This document shows, one piece after another, positions 46,374 to 54,874 of a stretch of DNA of 64,000 nt (the first letter of the stretch is position 1; every line of letters starts with the position of its first letter). The position numbers and the translations under genes were made by a program. Source of the DNA: an uncultured Dehalococcoidaceae bacterium (lineage in GTDB: Bacteria > Chloroflexota > Dehalococcoidia > Dehalococcoidales > RBG-16-60-22); the NCBI GenBank assembly GCA_964462865.1, contig CAYWZO010000002.1:820-64819 (forward strand), given 5' to 3'. The notes under the pieces were generated by a model that saw only the letters and a list, made by a program, of their open reading frames with translations, was not told where the DNA came from and did not search any database.

Positions 46374-47378
46374 GTGAGACCGACATACGAACTGAAAATT
46401 GACGCTTATGCCCACATCATCCCCCCGAAATACAAGGAAGTATTCCAGAAAGTGGCGCCGGACCTGCATGACCGCTGGGTCATGGCCTGCCCTCCCCTTC
46501 ACGACCTGGACGCGCGGTTCCGCGTCATGGATAAATACGAGCCTCTCCGGCAGGTGCTGACGCTCGGGCGCGTCCCCGTGGAGCACGTGGCCGGGCCGAA
46601 AAAGGCCGCCGAACTGGCCGTCCGGGCCGACGATGAAATGGCCGAGCTGGTGCGTAAATACCCGGACAGGTTCTGCGGCGCGCTGGCGACGCTGGCCATG
46701 AACAACATGGATGCCGCCCTGAAAGAGGCCGACCGCGCCATCAGAGACCTGCGCTTCAACGGCGTCTACCTGCACACGCCGGTGGACGAAAAGCCCCTCG
46801 ATTCCCCGGAGTTCCTGCCCCTTTATGAAAAAATGGCCGCCTACGACCTGCCGATAGTTATCCACCCCATGAGAAAGGCCGACCACCCGGACTACCTGAC
46901 GGAAAAAAAGTCCAAATATAACATGTTCAGCATGTTCGGCTGGCCTTACGATACCACCAGCGCCATGGCCCGCCTGGTGTTCAGCGGCATCTTTGATAAG
47001 TACCCCAACCTGAAGGTTCTCACCCACCACTGCGGGGGCATGGTGCCGTTCTACGCGGAAAGAATCCGCCAGTTCACCCAGATTGTACGCACCGGGGAAA
47101 ATGCCCTGGGTCTAAAGAAGGACGCCATCGAATATTTCCGGCTGTTTTACGCCGATACCGCCATCTACGGCAACACCCCGGCGCTCATGTGCGGCCTGGC
47201 TTTCTTCGGGGCCGACCACCTCGTGTTCGGCATTGATTTCCCCCTCGGCGACACCGAGAGGGGCGACCGCAACTACCGGCAGACCATCAACGCCATCGAC
47301 GCCATGGATATCAGCGACGAGGTAAGGAAAAGGATTTACGAAGACAACGCCCGCAAGCTGATGAAACTACCGGTCTAA
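46374..47378 (+). CDS. Amidohydrolase-2 family protein (ACMSD/LigW-type metal-dependent hydrolase/decarboxylase)
   Basis: IDAYAHIIPP (HxH-like metal site), VIHP, THHCGG, and FGIDFPLGD. AGGAGG RBS and GTG start. Confidence 0.75.
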   Translation: MRPTYELKIDAYAHIIPPKYKEVFQKVAPDLHDRWVMACPPLHDLDARFRVMDKYEPLRQVLTLGRVPVEHVAGPKKAAELAVRADDEMAELVRKYPDRFCGALATLAMNNMDAALKEADRAIRDLRFNGVYLHTPVDEKPLDSPEFLPLYEKMAAYDLPIVIHPMRKADHPDYLTEKKSKYNMFSMFGWPYDTTSAMARLVFSGIFDKYPNLKVLTHHCGGMVPFYAERIRQFTQIVRTGENALGLKKDAIEYFRLFYADTAIYGNTPALMCGLAFFGADHLVFGIDFPLGDTERGDRNYRQTINAIDAMDISDEVRKRIYEDNARKLMKLPV

Positions 47379-47414
47379 CCGAAGAATTTTTATACAGGTC
47401 ATCACCATTTATCC

Positions 47415-47453
47415 CCCTTCCCTGGATATATTCTTAAGGAAGGGAGGCTTTTT
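47415..47453 (+). terminator. Weak candidate intrinsic terminator after the amidohydrolase gene
   Basis: CCCTTCC (47415-47421) pairs with GGAAGGG (47438-47444) across a 16-nt loop. A TTTTT run follows 4 nt later. Confidence 0.35.
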
Positions 47454-47606
47454 CATGGTGCCTTTATACACAGGTTACTATACATTATGTTAAATTAATA
47501 AATGCGATATTGAACAGAGCGAATGTCTGTAACGTTCTAAAACAGCTTGTGCCCGCCCTGTTTTATAGCGGACGTGAGAGATTCTTTAAAAAGGGAGTAG
47601 CTTGCG

Positions 47607-47695
47607 AAGAGGGGCGGCAGCCCCTCTTAAAAAAGAATTCCCCCTTTCCAAACAAAATATCACCAGCGTTCCCTGATGCCCCGTTTGGAGAGGGG
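47607..47695. repeat. Pair of G/C-run palindromic hairpin elements in the intergenic region
   Basis: AAGAGGGG (47607-47614) / CCCCTCTT (47621-47628). CCCCTTTCCAAAC (47641-47653) / GTTTGGAGAGGGG (47683-47695, 1 mismatch). On the minus strand the second hairpin is followed by a T-run, so it may terminate the protease gene. Confidence 0.5.
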
Positions 47696-47738
47696 GCCCG
47701 GGGGTGAGGTTAAACAGTATTACCAAAGGGCAATTCAG

Positions 47739-48881
47739 TTATTTCCTCCCCACTCCCAGCTCCTGGCTCAACTGCAGGTGCGTGATGATATCGGCGCGAC
47801 TCAACATGCCGATGCACTTGCCGTCCCGTGTGACCAGCACCTGGTTGATAGCATGCTGGGCGATCATCTTCAAAGCGTTATACAGGCCTTCCTCCGGGGT
47901 AACCGTGTACAGCGGTTCGCGGGTCATGATGCGCTCCACAGGGGTGGTGGCCCACTGCTCCCGCGGTACTTTCTTCACGTCGTCAATGGTAACGATGCCC
48001 AGCAACCTGTCGTTAGCGCAGACCGGTACGGCACGCCCGTGAAGCCTCTGAAAAATATTCCCGACCACCTCTTCTACCGCTGTCTCCGGGCTGATACCGC
48101 CGGGCTGCGTATTCATCACGTCGTTGACTTGGATACCACCGAGATGCTCCCGGAGCGTGACCTCCCGGCGGCTGGCACTGGCAGCGCTGGAAAGGAACCA
48201 GCCGATTAAAGCAAACCACAGGCCGCTGAATCCGCCTAAATTTCCCAGAAAAACCCCCCAGACAAACTGTAATAGCCCGTATACTATCATCGCCCACCCC
48301 AGTATCTGGCCGACCGTCGCCGCGATATTGGTCGCTTTCTGCAGGTTGCCGGTCGTGCCCCAGAGTATCGAGCGCAGCACCCGCCCGCCGTCCAGCGGGA
48401 ACCCCGGCAGGAGGTTGAATATCGCCAGCAGAAAGTTAATCAGGGCCAGATAGCCGAACATGGCCACCAGCGGGCTTTTATCGGCACCGGCGATTAACGA
48501 AAGACCCCAGAACAGCGCCGCCAGAACCAGGCTGGTCAACGGCCCGACGATGGCCATGGCAAACTCTGTCCGCGGTTTCTCGGGTTCCTCCTCCAGATTA
48601 CTCACCCCTCCAAAAATAAAAAGAGTAATGCTCCCCACCTTCATTCCTCTGGCCTGCGCCACCAGCGAATGGGCCAGTTCGTGCAGCAGCACCGAACCAA
48701 AGAGAAACAGGGCGGCTAATATCCCGGTTATCCAGTACGTGGCCGTACTCCATCCCGGATATTGCTGCGGGAAGATGCTCCCCGCCAGTGACCAGCTTAT
48801 CAGGACAAAAATAAACAGCCAGGTATAATGCACCCCGATATCAATCCCCGCGATGCTGAAAAGACGCCATGAGCTTTTCAT
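47739..48881 (-). CDS. Site-2 protease family (M50) zinc metalloprotease with tandem CBS domains
   Basis: HELAHSLVA (HExxH) in TM context, GFPLDGGRV, and a C-terminal CBS pair. Confidence 0.85.
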   Translation of the reverse strand: MKSSWRLFSIAGIDIGVHYTWLFIFVLISWSLAGSIFPQQYPGWSTATYWITGILAALFLFGSVLLHELAHSLVAQARGMKVGSITLFIFGGVSNLEEEPEKPRTEFAMAIVGPLTSLVLAALFWGLSLIAGADKSPLVAMFGYLALINFLLAIFNLLPGFPLDGGRVLRSILWGTTGNLQKATNIAATVGQILGWAMIVYGLLQFVWGVFLGNLGGFSGLWFALIGWFLSSAASASRREVTLREHLGGIQVNDVMNTQPGGISPETAVEEVVGNIFQRLHGRAVPVCANDRLLGIVTIDDVKKVPREQWATTPVERIMTREPLYTVTPEEGLYNALKMIAQHAINQVLVTRDGKCIGMLSRADIITHLQLSQELGVGRK

Positions 48882-48957
48882 AGCTAGCCTCCTCGTACCA
48901 ATGTAATTCTAACAGTAATCAGCCTAAATGTCAGTAAATTCGAGATATTTTGATATC

Positions 48958-49000
48958 AAATGTCACATTTTTGTAACAATTTGTCTGGCTATTTTATAAC
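48958..49000 (+). promoter_or_regulatory. Promoter with upstream operator-like motif: AAATGTCACATTTTTGT + TTGTAA-N18-TATAAC
   Basis: The 17-nt motif at 48958-48974 is identical to the minus-strand sequence at 50795-50811. -35 at 48971-48976 and -10 at 48995-49000. An extra AAATGTCA lies at 48926-48933. Confidence 0.5.
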
Positions 49001-49098
49001 TTCTCCACGGCTGACCGGTTAGAATTTACCCGATGAGAGTCTATAATTCATGATTGAGCGTACCTGCACAAGAGGGAAAATAACGGAGGTTAGGAAGT

Positions 49099-49380
49099 AT
49101 GACAGTCAATCACGTTGCCGGTAAGGATACCGGCCATATCATGCTCTATGCCTTAAGCACCTGCGGCTGGTGTGCCAGGACCAGGCAGCTCCTGGGCGAA
49201 ATAGGTGTGGCCTATGACTATGAATACGTCGACCAGCTAAAAGACGAGGAAAAGGAGGCCGCCGTTAAAAGGGTCCAAAAGTGGAACCCCGCCTGCTCCT
49301 TCCCCACTCTGGTAATCAATGATAAAAAGTGCATCGTCGGCTTCAAAGATGACGAAATACGTAAAGCGCTGGCCAAATGA
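49099..49380 (+). CDS. Glutaredoxin/NrdH-like CxxC redox protein
   Basis: [18 protein letters not shown] (CGWC) and [15 protein letters not shown]. 4-nt ATGA overlap with the next gene. Confidence 0.75.
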   Translation: MTVNHVAGKDTGHIMLYALSTCGWCARTRQLLGEIGVAYDYEYVDQLKDEEKEAAVKRVQKWNPACSFPTLVINDKKCIVGFKDDEIRKALAK

Positions 49381-49901
49381 ATAATACGGAAATAACTACC
49401 GCCGAAATAGATAAGTTATACGACACATTACATCATGAAGCGGAGTCCGGCGGCTACCATCTCAATCCGGACACCAGCTTCGCTAAAGAACTTGTCCGGG
49501 GACTCCTTGTTAACGAACTCCGCTATGGCTACCGGGCCTGCCCGTGCCGGCTGGCCTCGGGAAAAAAGGCAGCAGACCTTGACATCATCTGCCCCTGCGA
49601 CTATCGCGACCCCGATGTGCAGGCATTCGGCGCCTGCTACTGCGCCCTGTATGTGTCGGGGGCGGCCCTGAAGGGCGAGGTCAAAATAGGCAGCATCCCC
49701 GAGCGGAGACCGCCGCCGCGTGAGAGGCAAAAAATGAAAGCTAAAACCAGCCGGAAAATTAACGCAGGAGCCGGGGGACTTAAATTGCCCCTGCCGGTCT
49801 GGCGGTGCCGGGTCTGTGGCTACCTGTGCGCCCGGGACGCCCCGCCGGAGGTATGTCCGGTATGTAAAGCCAAAAAGGAACGCTTCGAGCGCTTTATCTG
49901 A
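49377..49901 (+). CDS. Ferredoxin:thioredoxin reductase catalytic-subunit-like protein fused to a C-terminal rubredoxin domain
   Basis: FTR-type Cys pattern CPCR...CPC...CYC (ACPCRLASG...IICPCDYRD...GACYCALYV). C-terminal rubredoxin knuckles WRCRVCGY...CPVCKA. Confidence 0.75.
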   Translation: MNNTEITTAEIDKLYDTLHHEAESGGYHLNPDTSFAKELVRGLLVNELRYGYRACPCRLASGKKAADLDIICPCDYRDPDVQAFGACYCALYVSGAALKGEVKIGSIPERRPPPRERQKMKAKTSRKINAGAGGLKLPLPVWRCRVCGYLCARDAPPEVCPVCKAKKERFERFI

Positions 49902-49963
49902 TATGTATCCTTATCGGACACCGGATAGCCGCAAATTCCGTAAAACACCGGCCAGGCTACCGG

Positions 49964-50332
49964 TCAGGCAATCGCCACCAGATACTGCTGCCCGCCCTCG
50001 GCACGCTCCTTGACGAGTTCGGCGTGCATCAGCGGCAGCAACTGCAAGCTTAAGTCCTTCTCGGAAAGGCCGAAGTCTTTCATCACTTCCTGACGGGTCG
50101 CCTGGCCCCGCTTTTTTACGTATTCGTAGATCTGGGTCTCCAGTTCGGTCATGCCGGCAGCGCCTTTTTCGCCGTGCCGCTTCCGGCCGCTCGTATCGAT
50201 GTAGGTAGCCCAGGGGTCACACTCCTGGACCGTCAGCCCGATGTCCATCAGGCAATCTTCACAATATACTTTACCCCGGTTAACACAGCTCTGGACCTCG
50301 GTTAGCTCACGCTGGCAACGGCTGCATTGCAT
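49964..50332 (-). CDS. Small zinc-ribbon + winged-helix-like protein, unknown function
   Basis: MQCSRCQ...VYCEDC (two CxxC pairs), then ELETQIYEYVKKRGQATRQEVMKDFGLSEKDLSLQL (wHTH-like). Confidence 0.45.
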   Translation of the reverse strand: MQCSRCQRELTEVQSCVNRGKVYCEDCLMDIGLTVQECDPWATYIDTSGRKRHGEKGAAGMTELETQIYEYVKKRGQATRQEVMKDFGLSEKDLSLQLLPLMHAELVKERAEGGQQYLVAIA

Positions 50333-50387
50333 CTTTTATACACCCTTTAACTATTTTAACGGCTTTACAATTAGTTACCTGCGGATG

Positions 50388-50648
50388 TTAGGCACCGCCA
50401 GCAGTTTTCGCAGGACCATGTCTGTCATTTCCCGGATTTTCCATATTTAAGCCATGCAGAAAGCTGGTAACATCCTCATAGCGGTACCTGCGGTCGCCGC
50501 GGCGCGAAATACGGAATGACTTCAGCACGCCCAGGTCGCTCCATCGCCTGACCGTATTCTGATGAATCCCCAGAATACACGCGACTTCTTTAGTGGTCAA
50601 TAAAGAGTCTGGTTCCATGTTGCTGAAGTCTGTATTTCTACCGGTCAT
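50388..50648 (-). CDS. Small MerR/excisionase-type HTH DNA-binding protein
   Basis: LLTTKEVACILGIHQNTVRRWSDLGVLKSFRISRRGDRRYRYEDV. Confidence 0.7.
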   Translation of the reverse strand: MTGRNTDFSNMEPDSLLTTKEVACILGIHQNTVRRWSDLGVLKSFRISRRGDRRYRYEDVTSFLHGLNMENPGNDRHGPAKTAGGA

Positions 50649-50768
50649 ACATTACATCCTGCTTAATCTAGATACCGGGCACGCAGCCCGGCGCCCCGAC
50701 CGTCAGCAACGGCACGGGCCCCTTATCAACGGGATATATTGGCATTTTAAACACCAGTTGATGGAATA

Positions 50769-50811
50769 GTTATAAAATGTCTTATCAATTAATAACAAAA
50801 ATGTGACATTT
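50769..50811 (-). promoter_or_regulatory. Twin of the 48958 promoter on the minus strand: AAATGTCACATTTTTGT + TTGTTA-N18-TATAAC
   Basis: The minus strand reads AAATGTCACATTTTTGTTA (50811-50793), N18, then TATAAC (50774-50769). It lies about 120 nt upstream of the HTH gene start. Confidence 0.5.
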
Positions 50812-50878
50812 TTACTTAGAGATTAATCATGTCATTGACCGTCGCCAGATACAGGTAGTACCATGTAACCAGATACCC

Positions 50879-51718
50879 ATGCACATTATCTGCTGCATTA
50901 AACAGGTGCCGGATACCGCCCAGGTGAAAATTGACCCCGAGACGAACACGCTAATCCGCTCCGGGGTGGAGTCAATCTGCAATCCTTACGACCTCGTGGC
51001 CGTACAGCTGGCAGTCCAGCTTACCGAACAGTACGGCGGCGAAGTGACCGTGATTTCCATGGGGCCGCCGCAGGCGGAAGCTGCCCTGCGCGATTGCCTG
51101 GCCCTGGGCGCTGAAGACGCCGTACTTCTTTCGGACCGGGCTTTCGCCGGTGCGGATACCCTCGCCACAAGCTATACCCTCGCCAGGACGATTATGAAAA
51201 TCAATACTGATGAACCGGTCGACCTGGTCATCTGCGGCAAGCAGGCCATCGACGGCGACACCGCCCAGACCGGCCCCGGCATTGCCACGCGCCTGGGATT
51301 CAACCAGTTCACCTACGTGGCCGAGGTCATCGGGATAGATGCGGAAAAAAGAAAGATAAAAGTCCGTCGTGAGGCGGAAACCGGCAGCGAAATTATTGAG
51401 GGCAGCCTGCCGGCCCTGCTGACCGTGGAACTGGAGACCGCCTCACCGGCTTACGCTTCTCTGCCCCGGCTGGTGCGCGCCTTGAGGCAGGAGGTAAAAG
51501 TCTGGGGTGCCGGGGACATCGAAAGCGCGCCCGAACTCCTGGGGCTGAAAGGCTCGCCGACCTCCGTGAAAGAGATATTCGCTCCCCCCGTCAGGAAGGG
51601 CGGCACGGTCTTCGAGGGCAACGGGGATAAAGGCCAAGCCGCCCGGGACTTTTTAAACGCCCTGTTCGAAAAAGAGCCTCGCCTGCTCGGCGAAATATTG
51701 GGCGACCATAAAGGATAG
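50879..51718 (+). CDS. fixA: Electron transfer flavoprotein beta subunit (FixA/EtfB)
   Basis: MHIICCIKQVPD..., LVICGKQAIDGDTAQTGP. Confidence 0.9.
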   Translation: MHIICCIKQVPDTAQVKIDPETNTLIRSGVESICNPYDLVAVQLAVQLTEQYGGEVTVISMGPPQAEAALRDCLALGAEDAVLLSDRAFAGADTLATSYTLARTIMKINTDEPVDLVICGKQAIDGDTAQTGPGIATRLGFNQFTYVAEVIGIDAEKRKIKVRREAETGSEIIEGSLPALLTVELETASPAYASLPRLVRALRQEVKVWGAGDIESAPELLGLKGSPTSVKEIFAPPVRKGGTVFEGNGDKGQAARDFLNALFEKEPRLLGEILGDHKG

Positions 51719-51720
51719 CC

Positions 51721-52968
51721 ATGCCCAGGAACAGTAAAGGTAAAGAAATCGCCGCGATTATCCCGGACAAGTGTATCGGCTGCCAGCTGTGCGTCGCCGA
51801 GTGCCCTGTCGGCGTGATAACCATGGAAAACGGTGTGGCGAAAATCGATGCCGAAGGCTGCATCGGGTGCGGTAAATGCTTCGAGGTCTGCCCGGTGGAC
51901 GCCGTCCTCTTTGAAAAACCGTTGAGAAAGAAGGCCGCGCCGGTAAAAGCGAAGCCGAAAACTATTGAAAATTATCAGGGTGTCGCCGTATTTATCGAGG
52001 TGCAGGACGGCCGTGGCGCTGACGTCGCCTGGGAGCTTATCGGCAAGGCCAGGGAGCTGGCCGGAAAGCTGGATACCAGGGTCTTCGGCTTCCTCCTCGG
52101 CGCCGGGGTAAAGTCTATCGCCGGTGAGGCCATCGCTTACGGCTGTGACGTCGTCTATATCATGGACGATGTCTCCCTGCAAAAATACCTGCCGAAGGTC
52201 TACGGCCAGGCACTGAAGAACATGTGCCATGAGGTAAAACCGGAGATTCTGCTCCTGGGGGCGACACACCTGGGGAGAGACCTGGCCAGTGTCGTGGCCA
52301 CCCAACTGCAGACGGGCCTGACCGCCGACTGCACTGGCCTGGATATCGAGCCCACCACCCGCTTCCTGCTGATGACGCGCCCCACCTTCGGCGGCAACAT
52401 CATGGCCACCATCCTCTGCCGCGACCATCGCCCCCAGATGAGTACGGTCAGGCCCCGGGTAATGAAGATGCCGGAGAAAGACTCCGCCCGCCGGGGCGAG
52501 ATACGCCCGCTCGATTTCAAGCCGGACCTGAAAGACCTGCCGCAAATCATCGATTTTATCCCCAAAGCCGTCGCCGGCGGGGTGGATATCACCCGCGCGC
52601 CGGTGCTGGTGGTGCTGGGAAAAGGTGCCTGCGATTCCCGCAACCTCCCCCTGCTGGAAGAACTGGCCGGGACGCTGGGAGGCACCATCGCCTGCTCCCG
52701 CGCCGTGGTGGAGACAGGGCTCCTGCCGTACACCCGCCAGGTCGGCCAGACGGGCAAGACCGTCGCCCCCAAGCTCTATATCGGCGTGGGCGTCTCGGGG
52801 GCGGTGCAGCACCTGGCCGGTATCCAGGGCTCGCAGAAAATCATCGCCATCAATACCGACCGCCATGCACCACTGGTGCAGATAGCCGATTACGCCATCA
52901 TCGGCGATTACCAGGAGGTCGTCCCGGAGCTGATTAAAGGCTTTAAAGCCCGGATAAAAGAAAAATGA
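51721..52968 (+). CDS. fixB: Electron transfer flavoprotein alpha subunit (FixB/EtfA) with N-terminal 2x[4Fe-4S] ferredoxin domain
   Basis: CIGCQLCVAECP and CIGCGKCFEVCP at the N-terminus. The EtfA core follows (LYIGVGVSGAVQHLAGIQGSQKIIAINTD). Confidence 0.9.
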   Translation: MPRNSKGKEIAAIIPDKCIGCQLCVAECPVGVITMENGVAKIDAEGCIGCGKCFEVCPVDAVLFEKPLRKKAAPVKAKPKTIENYQGVAVFIEVQDGRGADVAWELIGKARELAGKLDTRVFGFLLGAGVKSIAGEAIAYGCDVVYIMDDVSLQKYLPKVYGQALKNMCHEVKPEILLLGATHLGRDLASVVATQLQTGLTADCTGLDIEPTTRFLLMTRPTFGGNIMATILCRDHRPQMSTVRPRVMKMPEKDSARRGEIRPLDFKPDLKDLPQIIDFIPKAVAGGVDITRAPVLVVLGKGACDSRNLPLLEELAGTLGGTIACSRAVVETGLLPYTRQVGQTGKTVAPKLYIGVGVSGAVQHLAGIQGSQKIIAINTDRHAPLVQIADYAIIGDYQEVVPELIKGFKARIKEK

Positions 52969-52992
52969 CAAAAAAGTTGTGCAAAGCAAAAT

Positions 52993-53088
52993 CCCCCTGT
53001 GTCCCCCTTTACAAAAGGGGGAGTGATGGACACAGGGCGGTGGGGAAAAGGGGTAAGCCTGCAGCTTCTCCCTTTATGAAAGGGAGAA
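52993..53088. repeat. Two G/C-run palindromic hairpin elements between fixB and fixC
   Basis: CCCTGTGTCC (52995-53004) / GGACACAGGG (53028-53037), enclosing TCCCCCTT-tacaa-AAGGGGGA. TTCTCCCTTT (53066-53075) / AAAGGGAGAA (53079-53088). Confidence 0.55.
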
Positions 53089-53109
53089 TGAGAGGGATTT
53101 TGAGCTAAA

Positions 53110-54414
53110 ATGAAGGAATCATTTGATTGCGCCATCGTCGGGGCGGGGCCGGCCGGTATCTCCGCCGCCTGCGTCCTGGCCCGCGCCGGGATAAAGACCA
53201 TCGTCATCGAGCGGGGGGAATACCCCGGGGCCAAGAACGTCTCCGGCGGCGTCCTCTACGGGCACGACCTGGCGCAGGTGCTGCCGGACTATCTCGAGCG
53301 CGGCTGCCCCATCGAAAGAAACATCATCGAGTCGAGAATCTGCTACCTGTCTCAAGAAAGCGGTTATACCCTCGCTTACCGGGACGCCGTTTTTGCCTCC
53401 GTAAGGAAATATAACGCCTTCACCGTGGTCAGGGCCAGGTTCGACCGCTGGTACGCGGAGCAGGCGCGCCAGCTGGGGGCGCTGGTCGTCCCCGCCACTG
53501 TCGTGACCGACCTCCTCCGTGATGCTAAGGGCGGCGTCACCGGCATCGTTACCTCCCGGGAAGACGGGGAAGTCAAGGCCAAGGTTACCGTCCTGGCCGA
53601 CGGCGTCAACTCACCGCTGGCGGCGCGTACCGGCTTCCGCCCCGAGCTCAAGCCGGAACAGGTCGCCCTGGCCGTTAAGGAAATCATCGAGCTGCCCGCC
53701 GGGGTCATCGAGCAGCGCTTCAATGTCCCCGAAGGCCACGGGGTGACTCTGGAGATCCTGGGCGAGATAACCGCCGGCATGGACGGGGTGGCCGCCCTCT
53801 ATACCAATAGCAGTTCCCTGTCACTCTCTATCGGCGCCAGCCTGGCCGATTTCGCCGGCTCCCATGTCAAGCCTTACGAATTAATCGAAGCTTTTAAAGC
53901 GCACCCTTTGGTCGCGCCCCTGCTGGATGGCGGGCAGCCCCGCGAATATATGGCCCACTGGCTGGCCGAGGGCGGCTACGATGCCATCCCCCGCCTCTAC
54001 GGGGACGGTTATCTTATCGTCGGTGACTCGGCCATGCTTTTCAATCCGCTCCACCGCGAGGGCAACAACCTGGCCATGGCCTCCGGTAAAATGGCCGCCG
54101 AGACCGCTATCGAGGCCATGCGACGCAACGACTTCTCCGCCGCCAGCCTGTCCGGCTACGCTGAAAAGCTGGACGCCTCTTACGTCATCAGGGACATGAA
54201 AAAATACCGCAGGTTCGGCGGCTTCCTGTACCGTAACAAAGAAATATTCAACCGTCTGCCCGCCGCCGCCTCTATAGCTGCCCGCGAGATGCTCACGGTG
54301 AACGGCGTCGGCAAGAAACAGAAGCAGAAAACAATCATGAAAGAGTTCCGTAGGCAGCTATCAACCTGGAGACTGCTCCGGCTCCTCTGGCGGGCCTGGA
54401 GGGCGGTAAGATGA
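53110..54414 (+). CDS. fixC: FixC-type FAD-dependent ETF:quinone oxidoreductase-like protein
   Basis: FDCAIVGAGPAGISAA (dinucleotide fold). The length and its position between fixB and fixX fit FixC. Confidence 0.85.
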   Translation: MKESFDCAIVGAGPAGISAACVLARAGIKTIVIERGEYPGAKNVSGGVLYGHDLAQVLPDYLERGCPIERNIIESRICYLSQESGYTLAYRDAVFASVRKYNAFTVVRARFDRWYAEQARQLGALVVPATVVTDLLRDAKGGVTGIVTSREDGEVKAKVTVLADGVNSPLAARTGFRPELKPEQVALAVKEIIELPAGVIEQRFNVPEGHGVTLEILGEITAGMDGVAALYTNSSSLSLSIGASLADFAGSHVKPYELIEAFKAHPLVAPLLDGGQPREYMAHWLAEGGYDAIPRLYGDGYLIVGDSAMLFNPLHREGNNLAMASGKMAAETAIEAMRRNDFSAASLSGYAEKLDASYVIRDMKKYRRFGGFLYRNKEIFNRLPAAASIAAREMLTVNGVGKKQKQKTIMKEFRRQLSTWRLLRLLWRAWRAVR

Positions 54415-54487
54415 CGTCAACCGGTAATAATCTGAAGCGAAACAAGAACCAAACCGGCTTTCCGACCAGCGGGGAGGAGGCACTTCC

Positions 54488-54763
54488 ATGAAAATAGAAG
54501 ACAAGCTGTTTTTAGACCGTTTCAGGGTGGACGGCGAAAGCCATATCAAGATAATCGACGGTGAGAAATGTATGCAGGACTGCCGCGAGCAGCCCTGCCT
54601 CTACCTCTGCCCCGCCAATGTCTACCGTCTGGAAAAAGACCGCATCAGCATCAACTATGAGGGCTGCCTGGAATGCGGCTCCTGCCGTATCGCCTGCCCG
54701 AGCCTGAATATAGAATGGCGCTTCCCACGTGGCGGCTACGGCATCAGCCATAAGTTCGGCTAG
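54488..54763 (+). CDS. fixX: FixX ferredoxin-like protein
   Basis: About 90 aa, with LCPANVY...CLECGSCRIACP. GGAGGAGG RBS. Confidence 0.85.
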   Translation: MKIEDKLFLDRFRVDGESHIKIIDGEKCMQDCREQPCLYLCPANVYRLEKDRISINYEGCLECGSCRIACPSLNIEWRFPRGGYGISHKFG

Positions 54764-54874
54764 GAAAAAACCCAAGCAAACCCTTATCGTGATTGGTACC
54801 AGGTAAGCTGGCATTCTCCGGCCTGTTGGCTTATAATCAGTAACAAGGATTGCTTTAATTCAAGGAGCGCTGCC

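Noticed and set aside
46236-47030. 264-aa minus-strand ORF overlapping the AOR 3' end and the amidohydrolase gene
   Set aside because: It is antisense to two well-supported genes, and no motif is recognisable.
47510-47707. 65-aa ORF (and 52908-53234 on the minus strand) in intergenic DNA
   Set aside because: These ORFs are translations of the G/C-run hairpin repeats (PLLKKNSPFPNK..., SPFHKGRS...). They have no start context and are low-complexity, so I treated them as repeat artefacts.
50388-50648. Excisionase-type HTH as a sign of a prophage or integrative element
   Set aside because: No integrase, recombinase, phage structural genes, att-like direct repeats or tRNA gene lie nearby. The flanking genes are housekeeping redox genes, so a small transcription factor is more likely.
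51451-52989. 512-aa ORF on the minus strand spanning the fixA/fixB region
   Set aside because: It is antisense to two genes with unmistakable EtfB and EtfA motifs. The translation is low-complexity and Arg/Gly/Ala-rich with no recognisable motif. This is a typical GC-rich shadow ORF.
8587-53088. CRISPR array among the palindromic repeats
   Set aside because: The repeats are single or paired hairpins at three separate loci. They are not regularly spaced direct repeats with unique spacers, and no cas genes are present.
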